DNA of 64,000 bases from Aestuariivirga sp. (GTDB taxonomy: Bacteria; Pseudomonadota; Alphaproteobacteria; Rhizobiales; Aestuariivirgaceae), in contig JAYVXY010000132.1 in NCBI GenBank assembly GCA_043784785.1, positions 2,931 through 66,930 of the forward strand, given 5' to 3'. Within the stretch, counting starts at the first letter, position 1; the number at the start of each line of letters is the position of its first letter. Below the pieces are notes generated by a model. The model searched no databases. It was not told the origin of the DNA and was given only the letters and a program-made list of their open reading frames with translations. The position numbers and the translations under genes are program-made. Positions 22,901 through 31,669 of the stretch are shown piece by piece.

Positions 22901-23377
22901 TTTGGATTCGCTTTGCCCAGAGAGATTTAAATTCTTGTTCCAGAATTTTTGCGGGCCATCAGTGCTCGTGACGGGCACATCAGGATGCTGTGGCATAACC
23001 ACCAGCAGCATTCCTTCTTGCCACTTTAAGAGATCGCTCAAAGCCAGATAACAATCCCCTTTGGGCGCACGCAATTTTCCGATACTGAGCAAGCGGCAAA
23101 GCCGACCATAAGCAGCCCTATCAGTTGGATAGACGAGAATGTCAGGCGTGCCGTCGATAAAAATCAGGCGACAACCCACTAAAAGTTTCGGCTTATCGCC
23201 CTTGATGTCTTGATGGGCCGCATAGGCCCGCACCACGCCTGCTAACGAGTTACGATCAGCTATGCCGATGGCAGCAAGCCCAAGCTCGGTTGCCGTTTGC
23301 ACCAACTCCTTGGGATGTGATGCGCCGCGCAGAAACGAATAATTCGTCGTCACCGCGATTTCGGCATAGGCGCTCAT
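19913..23377 (-). CDS. dnaE2: Error-prone DNA polymerase DnaE2 (ImuC), with about 90-aa insertion in the PHP domain
   Basis: TNYSFLRGASHP, GRGSAANS, PPDIDVDFEH, GFPRHLSQHVGGF, C-terminal SRDFH; start codon overlaps imuB stop (ATGA). Confidence 0.97.
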   Translation of the reverse strand: MSAYAEIAVTTNYSFLRGASHPKELVQTATELGLAAIGIADRNSLAGVVRAYAAHQDIKGDKPKLLVGCRLIFIDGTPDILVYPTDRAAYGRLCRLLSIGKLRAPKGDCYLALSDLLKWQEGMLLVVMPQHPDVPVTSTDGPQKFWNKNLNLSGQSESKEIEPSFSHSPQPAIPAPLTSSFPRKREASFLSTTSSSQTWIPAFAGMTGLGENKYDYTGSDLKSLLQFINQAAPDRIWLGVSMPHHGDDQRRLAHFKCLSDTIGVPLLATNDVLYHCPERRELHDVVTCIREHTTLNEAGRLLEANAERHLKSPDEMAELFCEAPDAIAQSIRFADLINFTLDQLKYNYPDEPVPKGKTAQQHLTNLTWEGATARYSGIIPDKVRATLEKELALINEMEIAAYFLTVHDIVSFARNQNILCQGRGSAANSAVCYVLGITAVDPMQVDLLFERFISQERKEPPDIDVDFEHERREEVIQNVYKRYGHHRAALTATVICYRPRSAIREAGKVFGLTEDITANLSSSIWGSWGSGVKDNHIRQGRLDPSNKLVARAMKAANELIGFPRHLSQHVGGFVLTQDRLDECVPIGPATMENRYFIEWDKDDIDTLRMMKVDVLALGMLTCIRKAFDLIRIHEGKSFDLANVEREDPVVYEMLQKADAIGVFQVESRAQMNMLPRLKPAEFYDLVIEVAIVRPGPIQGDMVHPYLRRRSGVEKVEYPSPAPEHGPADELFNVLSKTMGVPLFQEQAMKLAIVAAKFTPEDANGLRRAMATFRNVGTIDNFKGMFVGRMVTRGYQQDFAERCFKQIEGFGSYGFPESHAASFAHLVYISAWIKKHHPAAFAAALLNSQPMGFYAPAEIVRDAVEHDVETRHVDVNFSHWDNTLELCNDGSLALRLGFRQIDGFRENWANTLLFKRNNGYDAVDDVARRTKLPKRALIILAEADCFQSIAQDRREILWAVRRIPDDEDLPLFAVQYVEEQPEEEIAPLPPIPLSEHVLADYQMLRLSLRAHLMFFLRDLFKSEGVLNCAEIWKAKDGQRASCAGIVLTRQMPGDAGVVFITLSDEASVTNVVVWPKLVETFRREIMGGRLLLVEGKVQRSPEGVVHLVAERIFDRSYELGRLSEDINEAPPIRSQAAKHRHPRNVRTVPKSRDFH
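22757..22842. repeat. Palindromic dRS3/RPE-4-like element inside dnaE2
   Basis: Perfect 16-bp terminal inverted repeat CGTCATTCCCGCGAAA (22757-22772) / TTTCGCGGGAATGACG (22827-22842); each arm is a hairpin of ATTCCC-N8-GGGAAT type; reads SFPRKRE...WIPAFAGMT in the dnaE2 frame. Confidence 0.9.
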
Positions 23378-24921
23378 GCAAACAACCCATGCAGGAACCA
23401 TTGCGAATTCACTTCACTTTGATAAAGCCAATAACGCCTGCCTTCATCATCTTCCATGCGGAAATAGTCACGCGTGGGCTGTGGTGTCTCATGGCGCCAC
23501 CATTCCATGGCGATGCGCTCGGGGCCTTCACGCTGGATCACCTTATGGTTTGCTCGTCGCCAAATGAATTGTGCTGTTGTGCCAAAACTGATTGGCTCTG
23601 GTCTGGCAAACATGCGCAGGGGCCGGCGTGGGGCGTTGCCTGTCTGGTGCAGTTTCTTCCATAAAAACTTCGTTGTGCCGGCATATTGTGCGGGCACGGT
23701 AACAAACGATTTTTCCGGAATATGGGTGTTGTTGAGCTGAAAACCTAAAATGCGATTGGGGCCAAAGCGCGTGGCCAAACGGTCGACCAGAAAACCGATC
23801 TCCTTTTGGGCTGCCAAATCAGAATCCAATTCGACGAACTCCGCATTAAAGCGTTGAACCTCGGTGGCCGACAGCCGGATCAGATCAAAGCCGAAGCCTG
23901 GGTCAAGCGGATCGTTGAGAACATCCAGCTTTTCGTTAAACAGGCGTATGATGATTTCAGGATCGCGGGTGGCCATTGCCAGCGTAATGGCGATGCGCCT
24001 GACGGCACCATCGGCGCGAAAGAATAGTGCTTCTAAACGCCTCGCCCCCTGACCCTGTTTTTGCATCGTCTCGGATAATGCAGCGCTTAAAGATTTCAAC
24101 GTAGCGCTGATCAGATCATCAGTGGCGATAGGTTCGGGAAAGCCTTGCTCATGCCAATATTCGGCGCGCGGCAAGCGCGGTGAGATCGGCTTTCCACCCT
24201 GCCCTAAGATTTCGTCCAAGGTGGAAAGTGTTGCTGCCCCAAAGCGCGCGGTGATTTCGGAACGCTTGCGGCTGGCCACTTGCCCCACAGTTTTTAGCCC
24301 GGCACGGCGAAACGCATGGGTGATCACAACATCGAGGCCCAGCGCCTCAACGGGCAAGGGCTTGGTGGCTTTTTCTTCCCCATCCGGAGCAATGACGACA
24401 CCATCTCTATAACGAGCCAAAGCCCGAGCGGCGGCGGCCGTTCCGGCCATGGCGGCGCGCACAGCCAAATTTTGCGCTTCGAGTTTGTTGCAGATTTTAT
24501 CCAGCATCGCCTGCTCGCCACCAAAAAGATGAGAGGCACCTGTGACATCAAGCAAAAGCCTGTTGGGGCCATCCAGCGCGACATGCGGCGTGAAGCGGTC
24601 ACACCAGTCGGCGATGCGGATGAGCAATTGTGCATCGGCTGTTTCATCAGCTGTTACCACTCTTAGTGAAGGCAACATGGCGCGGGCATTGGCCAATGGC
24701 TGTCCAAAGCTAAGACCCAATGAGGTTGCTTTGCGGTCCACAGCCTGCAAGGCCATGGCATTTTTAACCTTCGCCACCACCACCAAGGGTGGGGCTGCGA
24801 CCATTGCCTTTTCCAGGCGTTGTAATCGATCAGTCGAAAGCCTTGGAAACCACAAGGCCACGATGCGCCTTGACTGTTTCGTTGATCGTTCCTGGGGTTT
24901 TGAAGATACGCTCATCACCAC
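23374..24921 (-). CDS. imuB: Y-family polymerase-like mutasome protein ImuB
   Basis: FTPHVALDG, LLLDVTGASHLFGGE, C-terminal GPERIAMEWW..RDYF..YWLY..WFLHGLF. Confidence 0.94.
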   Translation of the reverse strand: MVMSVSSKPQERSTKQSRRIVALWFPRLSTDRLQRLEKAMVAAPPLVVVAKVKNAMALQAVDRKATSLGLSFGQPLANARAMLPSLRVVTADETADAQLLIRIADWCDRFTPHVALDGPNRLLLDVTGASHLFGGEQAMLDKICNKLEAQNLAVRAAMAGTAAAARALARYRDGVVIAPDGEEKATKPLPVEALGLDVVITHAFRRAGLKTVGQVASRKRSEITARFGAATLSTLDEILGQGGKPISPRLPRAEYWHEQGFPEPIATDDLISATLKSLSAALSETMQKQGQGARRLEALFFRADGAVRRIAITLAMATRDPEIIIRLFNEKLDVLNDPLDPGFGFDLIRLSATEVQRFNAEFVELDSDLAAQKEIGFLVDRLATRFGPNRILGFQLNNTHIPEKSFVTVPAQYAGTTKFLWKKLHQTGNAPRRPLRMFARPEPISFGTTAQFIWRRANHKVIQREGPERIAMEWWRHETPQPTRDYFRMEDDEGRRYWLYQSEVNSQWFLHGLFA

Positions 24922-25618
24922 TCCACTCCATCATCCACTTACCCATTTGCCCGTGCCGATTGCGTAAAAGCTCCACCTGAAAAACCGGCTGGCCCCAATT
25001 TTCGCCTTGTTGCAATGAAGGCGTAGCGCGCACAAGCCAGCGTGTTTCAGCAGTGCTGAAGCTGGGCTCTGCAGCAAAACGCAGCAAAAATGCGGTAACG
25101 GATTTTTGTGCGCAAGCCAGTGTCAAACGCCTGCTCGCCGTCATATCAAGATTTTTTGGACGACCGGGAATCTCGATGACCACTGCACCAAGAGCAGCAC
25201 AGGAGAGCGCATCATTGGCAGCGCGCAAACCATCATCGGCATTGGCCACGCAAAGCAGCAGCAGGCGCTGCGGCTCAAAGCCCAATTCAACAAGGCCAGC
25301 AGCAGAAAGTGAAGCAAATTCGTTGATCGAAAAATCTTGCGCTATCCACAATACATGCTTGGTTTCAGCCACGCGCATAACGAGTCCTGCTGTGAAACCC
25401 GTGGCGGCGGTTTCGTGGCCAATAGATGCGAACACTTCATGCAAACATCCGCGTTCAAGCCCTCCATTCAGGCATAAATCGGCAAGGGCATGTCCAAGCG
25501 GAGCGCGGGTCGCAATTTTCTCAAGTCCTGGTTTTGCGAGAACCGCCCGAAGAGCGGTTAAGCGATCACGTATGGATCGCAGATCTACCGGCTGTGAAAA
25601 GTGAAGGGTTGATTGCAT
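24830..25618 (-). CDS. imuA: RecA-like mutasome protein ImuA
   Basis: GGLERGCLHE, SRRLTLA, AETRWLVRA, ELLRNRHG; first gene of the imu cassette; start placed at ATG 25618 because the ORF-track start lies inside the LexA box. Confidence 0.88.
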   Translation of the reverse strand: MQSTLHFSQPVDLRSIRDRLTALRAVLAKPGLEKIATRAPLGHALADLCLNGGLERGCLHEVFASIGHETAATGFTAGLVMRVAETKHVLWIAQDFSINEFASLSAAGLVELGFEPQRLLLLCVANADDGLRAANDALSCAALGAVVIEIPGRPKNLDMTASRRLTLACAQKSVTAFLLRFAAEPSFSTAETRWLVRATPSLQQGENWGQPVFQVELLRNRHGQMGKWMMEWSGDERIFKTPGTINETVKAHRGLVVSKAFD

Positions 25619-25630
25619 AGTGGCATGCAA

Positions 25631-25645
25631 GAACAAAACTAGAAC
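25631..25645. promoter_or_regulatory. Alphaproteobacterial LexA (SOS) box
   Basis: GAACAAAACTAGAAC = GAAC-N7-GAAC, 13 bp upstream of the proposed imuA start. Confidence 0.88.
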
Positions 25646-25739
25646 ATTGTCAAGGTGCAGTTCAAAATTTTTGCCAGGACGTAAAAATGCCGACTCTTTA
25701 AAATTAGCTTATGTCCAAGCCAGACCATGATTATACAGA

Positions 25740-26906
25740 TTGCCAAGTGCCGATCGCAAATCTATGAGACAGCCACGTTCCATCTTTAAAGGTGTTTCAT
25801 TGTTGAATCTTAGTCCTGAAAGCTTTTTCAATTTTGAAAATGTCGGTCGTTCAATTGAAGAATTGGAAACGCCGGTTCCGTTGATTGATATTGCCATCAT
25901 GGAGAACAATCTCAAAAATTGGCAGGCGCAATGTAACAAACTGAAAATCAACAATCGCCCGCACATCAAAACGCATAAGCTTATTCCTGTCGCAAAATTG
26001 CAGATCGCCCTTGGCGCAAGCGGCATCTCGGTGCAGAAATTAGGCGAAGCCGAAGTAATGGCCGATGCCGGTATTGACGATATATTCCTCACCTACAATG
26101 TTGTCGGCCAGCATAAATTAGCGCGGTTGGCTGACTTGACCAGGCGTGTGGATATTTCTGTTGTCGCAGATCATGCCATCATTGTTGAGGGCTTGAGTCA
26201 GGCGGGTATTGCCGCCGGGCGCAATATTACTGTGCTGGTTGAATGCGATACAGGTGGAGAACGCAATGGCGTGCAAAGCCCGGCAGAGGCTTGCCGCCTC
26301 GCGATGCTGATTGACAAAACACCCGGCCTGAAATTCGGTGGCCTGATGACCTATCCAGCAGCCTTTGCGCGCGAAAAGGCCAAGGCCTTTATCGCTGAAA
26401 CCAAACAACTTCTCACCAAGGCCGGATTGGAATGTGCAAGAGTTTCAACCGGCGGCTCAAAAGATTTGTGGGATGAGAAAAATCTTGATGGCGTAACCGA
26501 ATATCGCGCTGGCACTTATGTCTATTTCGATCGTTCGCTGGTGCAGGCTGGTGCATGCAGTTTTGCTGATTGCGCAGAAACGGTATTAACAACAATCGTC
26601 AGTACGCCTGTTCCTGCGCGTGCTATCATTGATGCTGGCTCAAAGGCGCTCACATCTGATCTCTTGGGCCTTACAGGATACGGCGTGGTGCAGGATTTGG
26701 ATATGGCACAGGTCTATAATGTCAATGAAGAACACGGTTATCTGGATTTAAAGAACACCCATAAGCGCCCGCGCATTGGTGCGGTGATCCAAGTGACCCC
26801 CAACCATGTTTGCCCGGTTAATAATCTCTTTGATAAGGTTGTGTTTGTGCGCGGACCGGAAGTTCTGGGTGCTGTTAAAGTTGATGCGCGAGGGAAAGTT
26901 CAATGA
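25740..26906 (+). CDS. Fold-type III PLP enzyme, D-threonine aldolase / DSD1 D-serine dehydratase family
   Basis: RPHIKTHK (PLP Lys), VECDTGGERNGV, EYRAGTYVYFD, DAGSKAL, EEHG, PNHVCPV; start uncertain (25740-25800). Confidence 0.88.
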   Translation: MPSADRKSMRQPRSIFKGVSLLNLSPESFFNFENVGRSIEELETPVPLIDIAIMENNLKNWQAQCNKLKINNRPHIKTHKLIPVAKLQIALGASGISVQKLGEAEVMADAGIDDIFLTYNVVGQHKLARLADLTRRVDISVVADHAIIVEGLSQAGIAAGRNITVLVECDTGGERNGVQSPAEACRLAMLIDKTPGLKFGGLMTYPAAFAREKAKAFIAETKQLLTKAGLECARVSTGGSKDLWDEKNLDGVTEYRAGTYVYFDRSLVQAGACSFADCAETVLTTIVSTPVPARAIIDAGSKALTSDLLGLTGYGVVQDLDMAQVYNVNEEHGYLDLKNTHKRPRIGAVIQVTPNHVCPVNNLFDKVVFVRGPEVLGAVKVDARGKVQ

Positions 26907-27364
26907 CGCCAGAACAAAGACTGCAAGAACTTGGGCTTGTGCTGCCAATAACACCCGTGCCTGTTGCCAATTATGTGCCATGGCGATTTGCCGGGCCGTT
27001 GCTGTTTCTTTCAGGTCAAGGCCCCAAATTGCCAGACGGCAGCTACCGTATTGGCAGACTTGGGCTCAACACTGAAGTCAAACAGGGCTATGAGGATGCA
27101 AAGCTTACAGGTTTGCAATTGCTGGCCGTTGCCAAGGCTGCACTGGGCGAACTTTCGCGCATTGAAGCAGTTATCAAGCTTCTCGGCATGGTCAATGCAG
27201 AACCTGAATTTGCCGAACACCCAAAAGTCATCAACGGATGCTCTGATCTCTTTGTGAATGTTCTAGGTGATGCCGGGCGACATGCCAGGTCGGCCATTGG
27301 CGTAGGCTCACTGCCCAATATGATGACGGTTGAGATTGAAGCAATATTGCTGGTGAGAACCTGA
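26903..27364 (+). CDS. RidA/YjgF/UK114-family protein
   Basis: ANYVP, LSGQGP, VINGCSDLF..G..GRHARSAIG, VEIE. Confidence 0.92.
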   Translation: MTPEQRLQELGLVLPITPVPVANYVPWRFAGPLLFLSGQGPKLPDGSYRIGRLGLNTEVKQGYEDAKLTGLQLLAVAKAALGELSRIEAVIKLLGMVNAEPEFAEHPKVINGCSDLFVNVLGDAGRHARSAIGVGSLPNMMTVEIEAILLVRT

Positions 27365-27368
27365 TTGG

Positions 27369-28244
27369 TCAGGCTCTAAACCTCTGGCGGTAGGCTTTTG
27401 GCGTACAGCCAAGTTGTTTTTGAAACGCGTCATAAAACCTGCTCAACGAGCCATAGCCACTTTCAAACGCAACTTCGATAATGGCACGATCGGTGTCTGC
27501 CAGCAGTTTTAGAGCATGGTTCAAACGCCTGCGCCGCAAATATTGGGCAATTGAAATACCCAATACCTTTTGAAAAGTTGACGTGGCATTGGTGGCGTGA
27601 AGTCCACACATCTGCGCGACATCATTAACGCCAATCGGTTTGCTAAATTCGGTATTAATAAAATTGGTCATGTGTTGAACGCGGCTGATCAAGCGCCTGT
27701 CCGCCAACAGGTTGTTGTTGCGCTTATGGTCCAAATCCAAAAACTCATCACCAGCACTCGCGCGGCTTGGGTGAAGTGCCAACCTGCGCACACGAAGCCT
27801 TACTTCATCGCGCAAAATATCTCTGGCCTGTTCATTGGCATCATCCCACTCCGCGGCCCAACGCCGAAACACCAGAACATCTATGATATCGATCAGGGGT
27901 GCGGTAAGAACATGGCCGGCCATCAAATCATTTTTGAATTCATTGGCAATCACCAAAGACAGAAACTCGGCAAATGGCAAATACACGCACACCAACTCTG
28001 TGTCCGGAATGGCCGAAATAACCTGATGTGAAACTGCAGCCCAGAAACAATAGATTGAGCCCTGCTGCAAACGCACTTGCCTGCCATTGATGAGATAAGT
28101 CATGGCCCCTTTGCAGATGACATTGAGCTCCACATGATCATGCCAATGCGCCTGAGGCATGGGCTCAACGACGTGGCTTTCTGCCAAAAACTCGTCGGCC
28201 TCCAAAAACCATTCGCCGGTTAAAGCTGGATTCAATTTTGGCAA
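27369..28244 (-). CDS. AraC-family regulator, MelR-like
   Basis: N-terminal cupin (HWHDHVELN), C-terminal double HTH (VAFESGYGSLSRFYDAFQK..G.TPKAYR); divergent from GH4 gene. Confidence 0.9.
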   Translation of the reverse strand: MPKLNPALTGEWFLEADEFLAESHVVEPMPQAHWHDHVELNVICKGAMTYLINGRQVRLQQGSIYCFWAAVSHQVISAIPDTELVCVYLPFAEFLSLVIANEFKNDLMAGHVLTAPLIDIIDVLVFRRWAAEWDDANEQARDILRDEVRLRVRRLALHPSRASAGDEFLDLDHKRNNNLLADRRLISRVQHMTNFINTEFSKPIGVNDVAQMCGLHATNATSTFQKVLGISIAQYLRRRRLNHALKLLADTDRAIIEVAFESGYGSLSRFYDAFQKQLGCTPKAYRQRFRA

Positions 28245-28467
28245 TTGCGACTATTCCAACACTTAAATTCAGGAAACACTAGCGCATTTTTCTAGTAAAA
28301 TTCTAGTATTTTTTGTCGTCAAACTGGTACGAAAACTGAAATCATTGATCCAGTTTACAAAAAAACAGGAATTAAATAATCAAAACCGACAAGAAACTTC
28401 TATTCTATGGTGGCATAAGCGATTTTGGCGTCATTTTGGCGCTGAAATTTCAAGTGAGCCTGAATCC

Positions 28468-29787
28468 ATGCCAAAAATTTGCCTGATCGGTGCAGGAAGC
28501 ACTGTCTTTGCCCGCAACATTTTAAGTGATGTGTTGAGCAATCCGGAGCTGGCTCATTGTGAAATCACGCTTCACGATATTGATGCAACAAGGCTTTCAA
28601 CATCAGATGTGATGACGCGGCGAATCTGCTCCGCTCTGAATTTGAGCAACACCAGGATCACCGCGACCACAAATCGGGCCGCCGCACTTAAGGATGCAGA
28701 CTTTGTAATCTTAATGATGCAGATCGGCGGCTATAAACCCGCAACAGTCATTGATTTTGATGTTCCAAAACAATTTGGCCTGCGCCAGACAATTGCCGAT
28801 ACGCTTGGCATTGGTGGCATTTTTCGTGCCTTGCGAACCATTCCGGTTGTGCTCGAAATCGCGCGCGACATGCAGCAATATTGCCCCAATGCTTTGATGA
28901 TGAACTACGTCAACCCGATGGCGATGATCAGCTGGGCCATGGCCGAAGCCATGCCCGATATTAAATATGTGGGCCTTTGCCATTCGGTTCAGGAGACCTC
29001 AAGTTTTCTGGCGAGAACATTGGGAGAGAATATCGCCGACATTGATTATCTCTGCGCGGGACTCAATCATGTAGCGTTTTTTCTGAAATTTGAAAAACGC
29101 CTGCCAGGTGGTGGACGCGAAGATCTCTACCCCAAACTCCGCAAGCTGGCTCAGGCCGGCGTTTTCCCACCTGACGAGGCGGTTCGCTTCGAGGTTATGA
29201 AACATTTTGGGCATTTCGTCACCGAAAGTTCAATCCATTTTGCAGAATACACGCCATGGTTCATCAAGCGCGGTCGCGAAGATTTGTTGCAGCGATTTAA
29301 AGTTCCACTCGATGAATATATCACGCGCTGTGAACACCAGATCGCTGAATGGCATGAATTGCGCGTCGAGCTTGAAGATGAAAGCAAGCCCTTGGAGGTT
29401 TGCCGCAGCAACGAATATGCCGCTGCCATTATTCAGTCCTGTGTCACTGGTCGCAATAGCCTCATATATGGCAATGTGCGCAACAATGGGCTAATTGAAA
29501 ATCTTCCGGCAAATGCTGCTGTCGAAGTTGCCTGCCATGTTGATCATAATGGCATTCAGCCTATTCGCGTCGGCAAAGTGCCAGTGCAGCTTGCGGCCAT
29601 CATGCGCTCCAACATCAATGTGCAGGAATTGGCGGTAGCAGCTGCCCTCACAGGTAAGCGCGAGCATATTTATCACGCGGCCTCGCTTGATCCACATACA
29701 GCAGCCGAGCTTTCGCTTGGAGAAATCGTTACACTGGTTGATGCCCTGATCAAAGCCCATGGCAATTATTTGCCGGCCTATCATTAG
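28468..29787 (+). CDS. melA: GH4 NAD+/Mn2+-dependent alpha-galactosidase (MelA-like)
   Basis: IGAGSTVF, QTIADTLGIGGIFRALRT, NYVNPMA, GLCHSVQ, AGLNH; start at ATG 28468. Confidence 0.88.
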   Translation: MPKICLIGAGSTVFARNILSDVLSNPELAHCEITLHDIDATRLSTSDVMTRRICSALNLSNTRITATTNRAAALKDADFVILMMQIGGYKPATVIDFDVPKQFGLRQTIADTLGIGGIFRALRTIPVVLEIARDMQQYCPNALMMNYVNPMAMISWAMAEAMPDIKYVGLCHSVQETSSFLARTLGENIADIDYLCAGLNHVAFFLKFEKRLPGGGREDLYPKLRKLAQAGVFPPDEAVRFEVMKHFGHFVTESSIHFAEYTPWFIKRGREDLLQRFKVPLDEYITRCEHQIAEWHELRVELEDESKPLEVCRSNEYAAAIIQSCVTGRNSLIYGNVRNNGLIENLPANAAVEVACHVDHNGIQPIRVGKVPVQLAAIMRSNINVQELAVAAALTGKREHIYHAASLDPHTAAELSLGEIVTLVDALIKAHGNYLPAYH

Positions 29788-29792
29788 GTGTC

Positions 29793-30584
29793 ATGATGAC
29801 AGCATTTGATCTTGCTCATAAGGTTGCAATTGTAACCGGTGCGCAGCGCGGCATTGGACTTGGCATTGTTACCGAACTCGCAAGGGGCGGCGCACAAGTG
29901 GTGATGACGGGGATTATGGATGCCGATGGAGAGAAGGCAGCAGCGGGGCTCAGGCAGCAAGGCCTCAAGGTTTCCTTTCGCCATCTTGATACGTCAAACG
30001 AAAACGAAGCGGCAGATGTTGTCGGCGATGTTGTGAGAACGCATGGCCGCATCGACATTCTGGTGCCGAATGCCGCTATTTATCCGAACACGCCAATCGT
30101 CGCCATCAATGTGAAAGAATGGGATGATGTGATGGCCGTGAATTTGCGCGGGCCATTTCTCGTGGCCAAGGCCTGCTTGCCCTATTTTCAGGAGCGCCGC
30201 CAAGGCCGCGTGATTTTCATCTCATCCATCACCGGCACACGCGTGTCATCACCTGGCTATGCCCATTATGCAACCACCAAAGCCGGTGTGTTGGGGTTTA
30301 TGCGTACCGCCGCTTTGGAATGGGCGCCATGGAACATCACGCTCAACGCAATAGAGCCCGGCAATATTCTCACCGAGGGTGTGCGCGAACATCAACCTCA
30401 AAGCTTCATTGACGCACAAATGGCCGCGGTGCCATTGCACCGATTGGGAACGCCGCAAGATGTGGCCAGCGCTGTGCGCTTTCTCGCATCCGACGAGGCC
30501 TCCTATATCACTGGTCAGACAATCGTGATTGATGGTGGTCAGACATTGCCCGAAATGGCAACCGCCATTCTCCCCGGAGTTTAA
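29793..30584 (+). CDS. Short-chain dehydrogenase/reductase
   Basis: TGAQRGIG, YATTK, NAIEPG, SYITGQTIVIDGG. Confidence 0.92.
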   Translation: MMTAFDLAHKVAIVTGAQRGIGLGIVTELARGGAQVVMTGIMDADGEKAAAGLRQQGLKVSFRHLDTSNENEAADVVGDVVRTHGRIDILVPNAAIYPNTPIVAINVKEWDDVMAVNLRGPFLVAKACLPYFQERRQGRVIFISSITGTRVSSPGYAHYATTKAGVLGFMRTAALEWAPWNITLNAIEPGNILTEGVREHQPQSFIDAQMAAVPLHRLGTPQDVASAVRFLASDEASYITGQTIVIDGGQTLPEMATAILPGV

Positions 30585-30588
30585 GAAA

Positions 30589-31656
30589 ATGGCAGGCGTG
30601 TCAGTCAGTGGATTATGCAAATCTTATGGCAAGATCGACGTCATAAAAGAGGTAAGCTTCAGCGCCCCGGATGGTGCCTTTGTGGCTTTGATCGGGCCAT
30701 CAGGCTGCGGCAAATCCACCTTGCTGCGCTGTATTGCCGGCCTTGAGGGTGTGCAAGGCGGAACCATTTCCATCGGCGACCGCATCGTCAATGATATCGA
30801 ACCCAAAGAGCGCGACGCGGCGATGGTGTTTCAGAACTATGCGCTTTACCCGCATATGACCGTGCGCCAGAACATGGCCTTTTCATTGAAGCTAAGGGGC
30901 GGCGACAAGAATGAAATCAATGCGCGCGTGAATGAAGCCGCTGCCATTTTGGGCCTGATGGATTATCTTGATCGTTATCCCAGACAACTCTCCGGTGGCC
31001 AGCGCCAGCGCGTCGCCATGGGCCGCGCCATTGTGCGCAAACCTTCTGTGTTTCTATTTGATGAACCACTATCCAACCTTGATGCAGCATTGCGCGTGCA
31101 GATGCGCGCCGAAATCCGCAGCCTTCACAAGCGCCTCGGGGTCACCTCCATTTACGTCACCCATGATCAGGTTGAAGCCATGACCATGGCCGATCAGGTC
31201 GTTGTGCTGAGAGATGGCGTTATTGAGCAGGTGGGGCCGCCGCTTGAACTTTATGATCGCCCCAACAGCGTGTTTGTGGCAACTTTCATTGGTTCCCCGG
31301 CGATGAATATTCTTGCGGGTGAAATCATTAAGGGCAAGTTTGTCACCCATGACGGGCAGAACCTCGCTCTGCCCTCACGTTTGTCTGCCTCCCATGGCGC
31401 GCAAGTGAAACTGGGCATTCGGCCTGAACATCTCGTCGTCTCCCTGCCAAACACGGCCAATGGCATTCATGCCAAGGTTGAGAGCATTGAATCAACCGGA
31501 TCGGCAACCTATCTCAGTTTTGCTGCCGGGATGGCCAATATTAGTGTTGTGGCTTCTGAGCGCTTGGCTTTGGATGTTGGGCATGTCGCTACACTCACAT
31601 TCGACCAAAAACACATGCATCTGTTTGATGCCGCAACAGGTCGGCGGATCGGCTAA
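30589..31656 (+). CDS. Carbohydrate ABC transporter ATPase (MalK/UgpC-like)
   Basis: GPSGCGKST, VFQNYALYPHM, LSGGQRQR, DEPLSNLD, YVTHDQ, C-terminal TOBE. Confidence 0.95.
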   Translation: MAGVSVSGLCKSYGKIDVIKEVSFSAPDGAFVALIGPSGCGKSTLLRCIAGLEGVQGGTISIGDRIVNDIEPKERDAAMVFQNYALYPHMTVRQNMAFSLKLRGGDKNEINARVNEAAAILGLMDYLDRYPRQLSGGQRQRVAMGRAIVRKPSVFLFDEPLSNLDAALRVQMRAEIRSLHKRLGVTSIYVTHDQVEAMTMADQVVVLRDGVIEQVGPPLELYDRPNSVFVATFIGSPAMNILAGEIIKGKFVTHDGQNLALPSRLSASHGAQVKLGIRPEHLVVSLPNTANGIHAKVESIESTGSATYLSFAAGMANISVVASERLALDVGHVATLTFDQKHMHLFDAATGRRIG

Positions 31657-31669
31657 ACAGCGCGTTCCA

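Noticed and set aside
28279-28308. Three CTAG tetramers, including the TTCTAGTA direct repeat, in the melR-melA spacer
   Set aside because: Could be AraC half-sites but too short to distinguish from chance in AT-rich DNA
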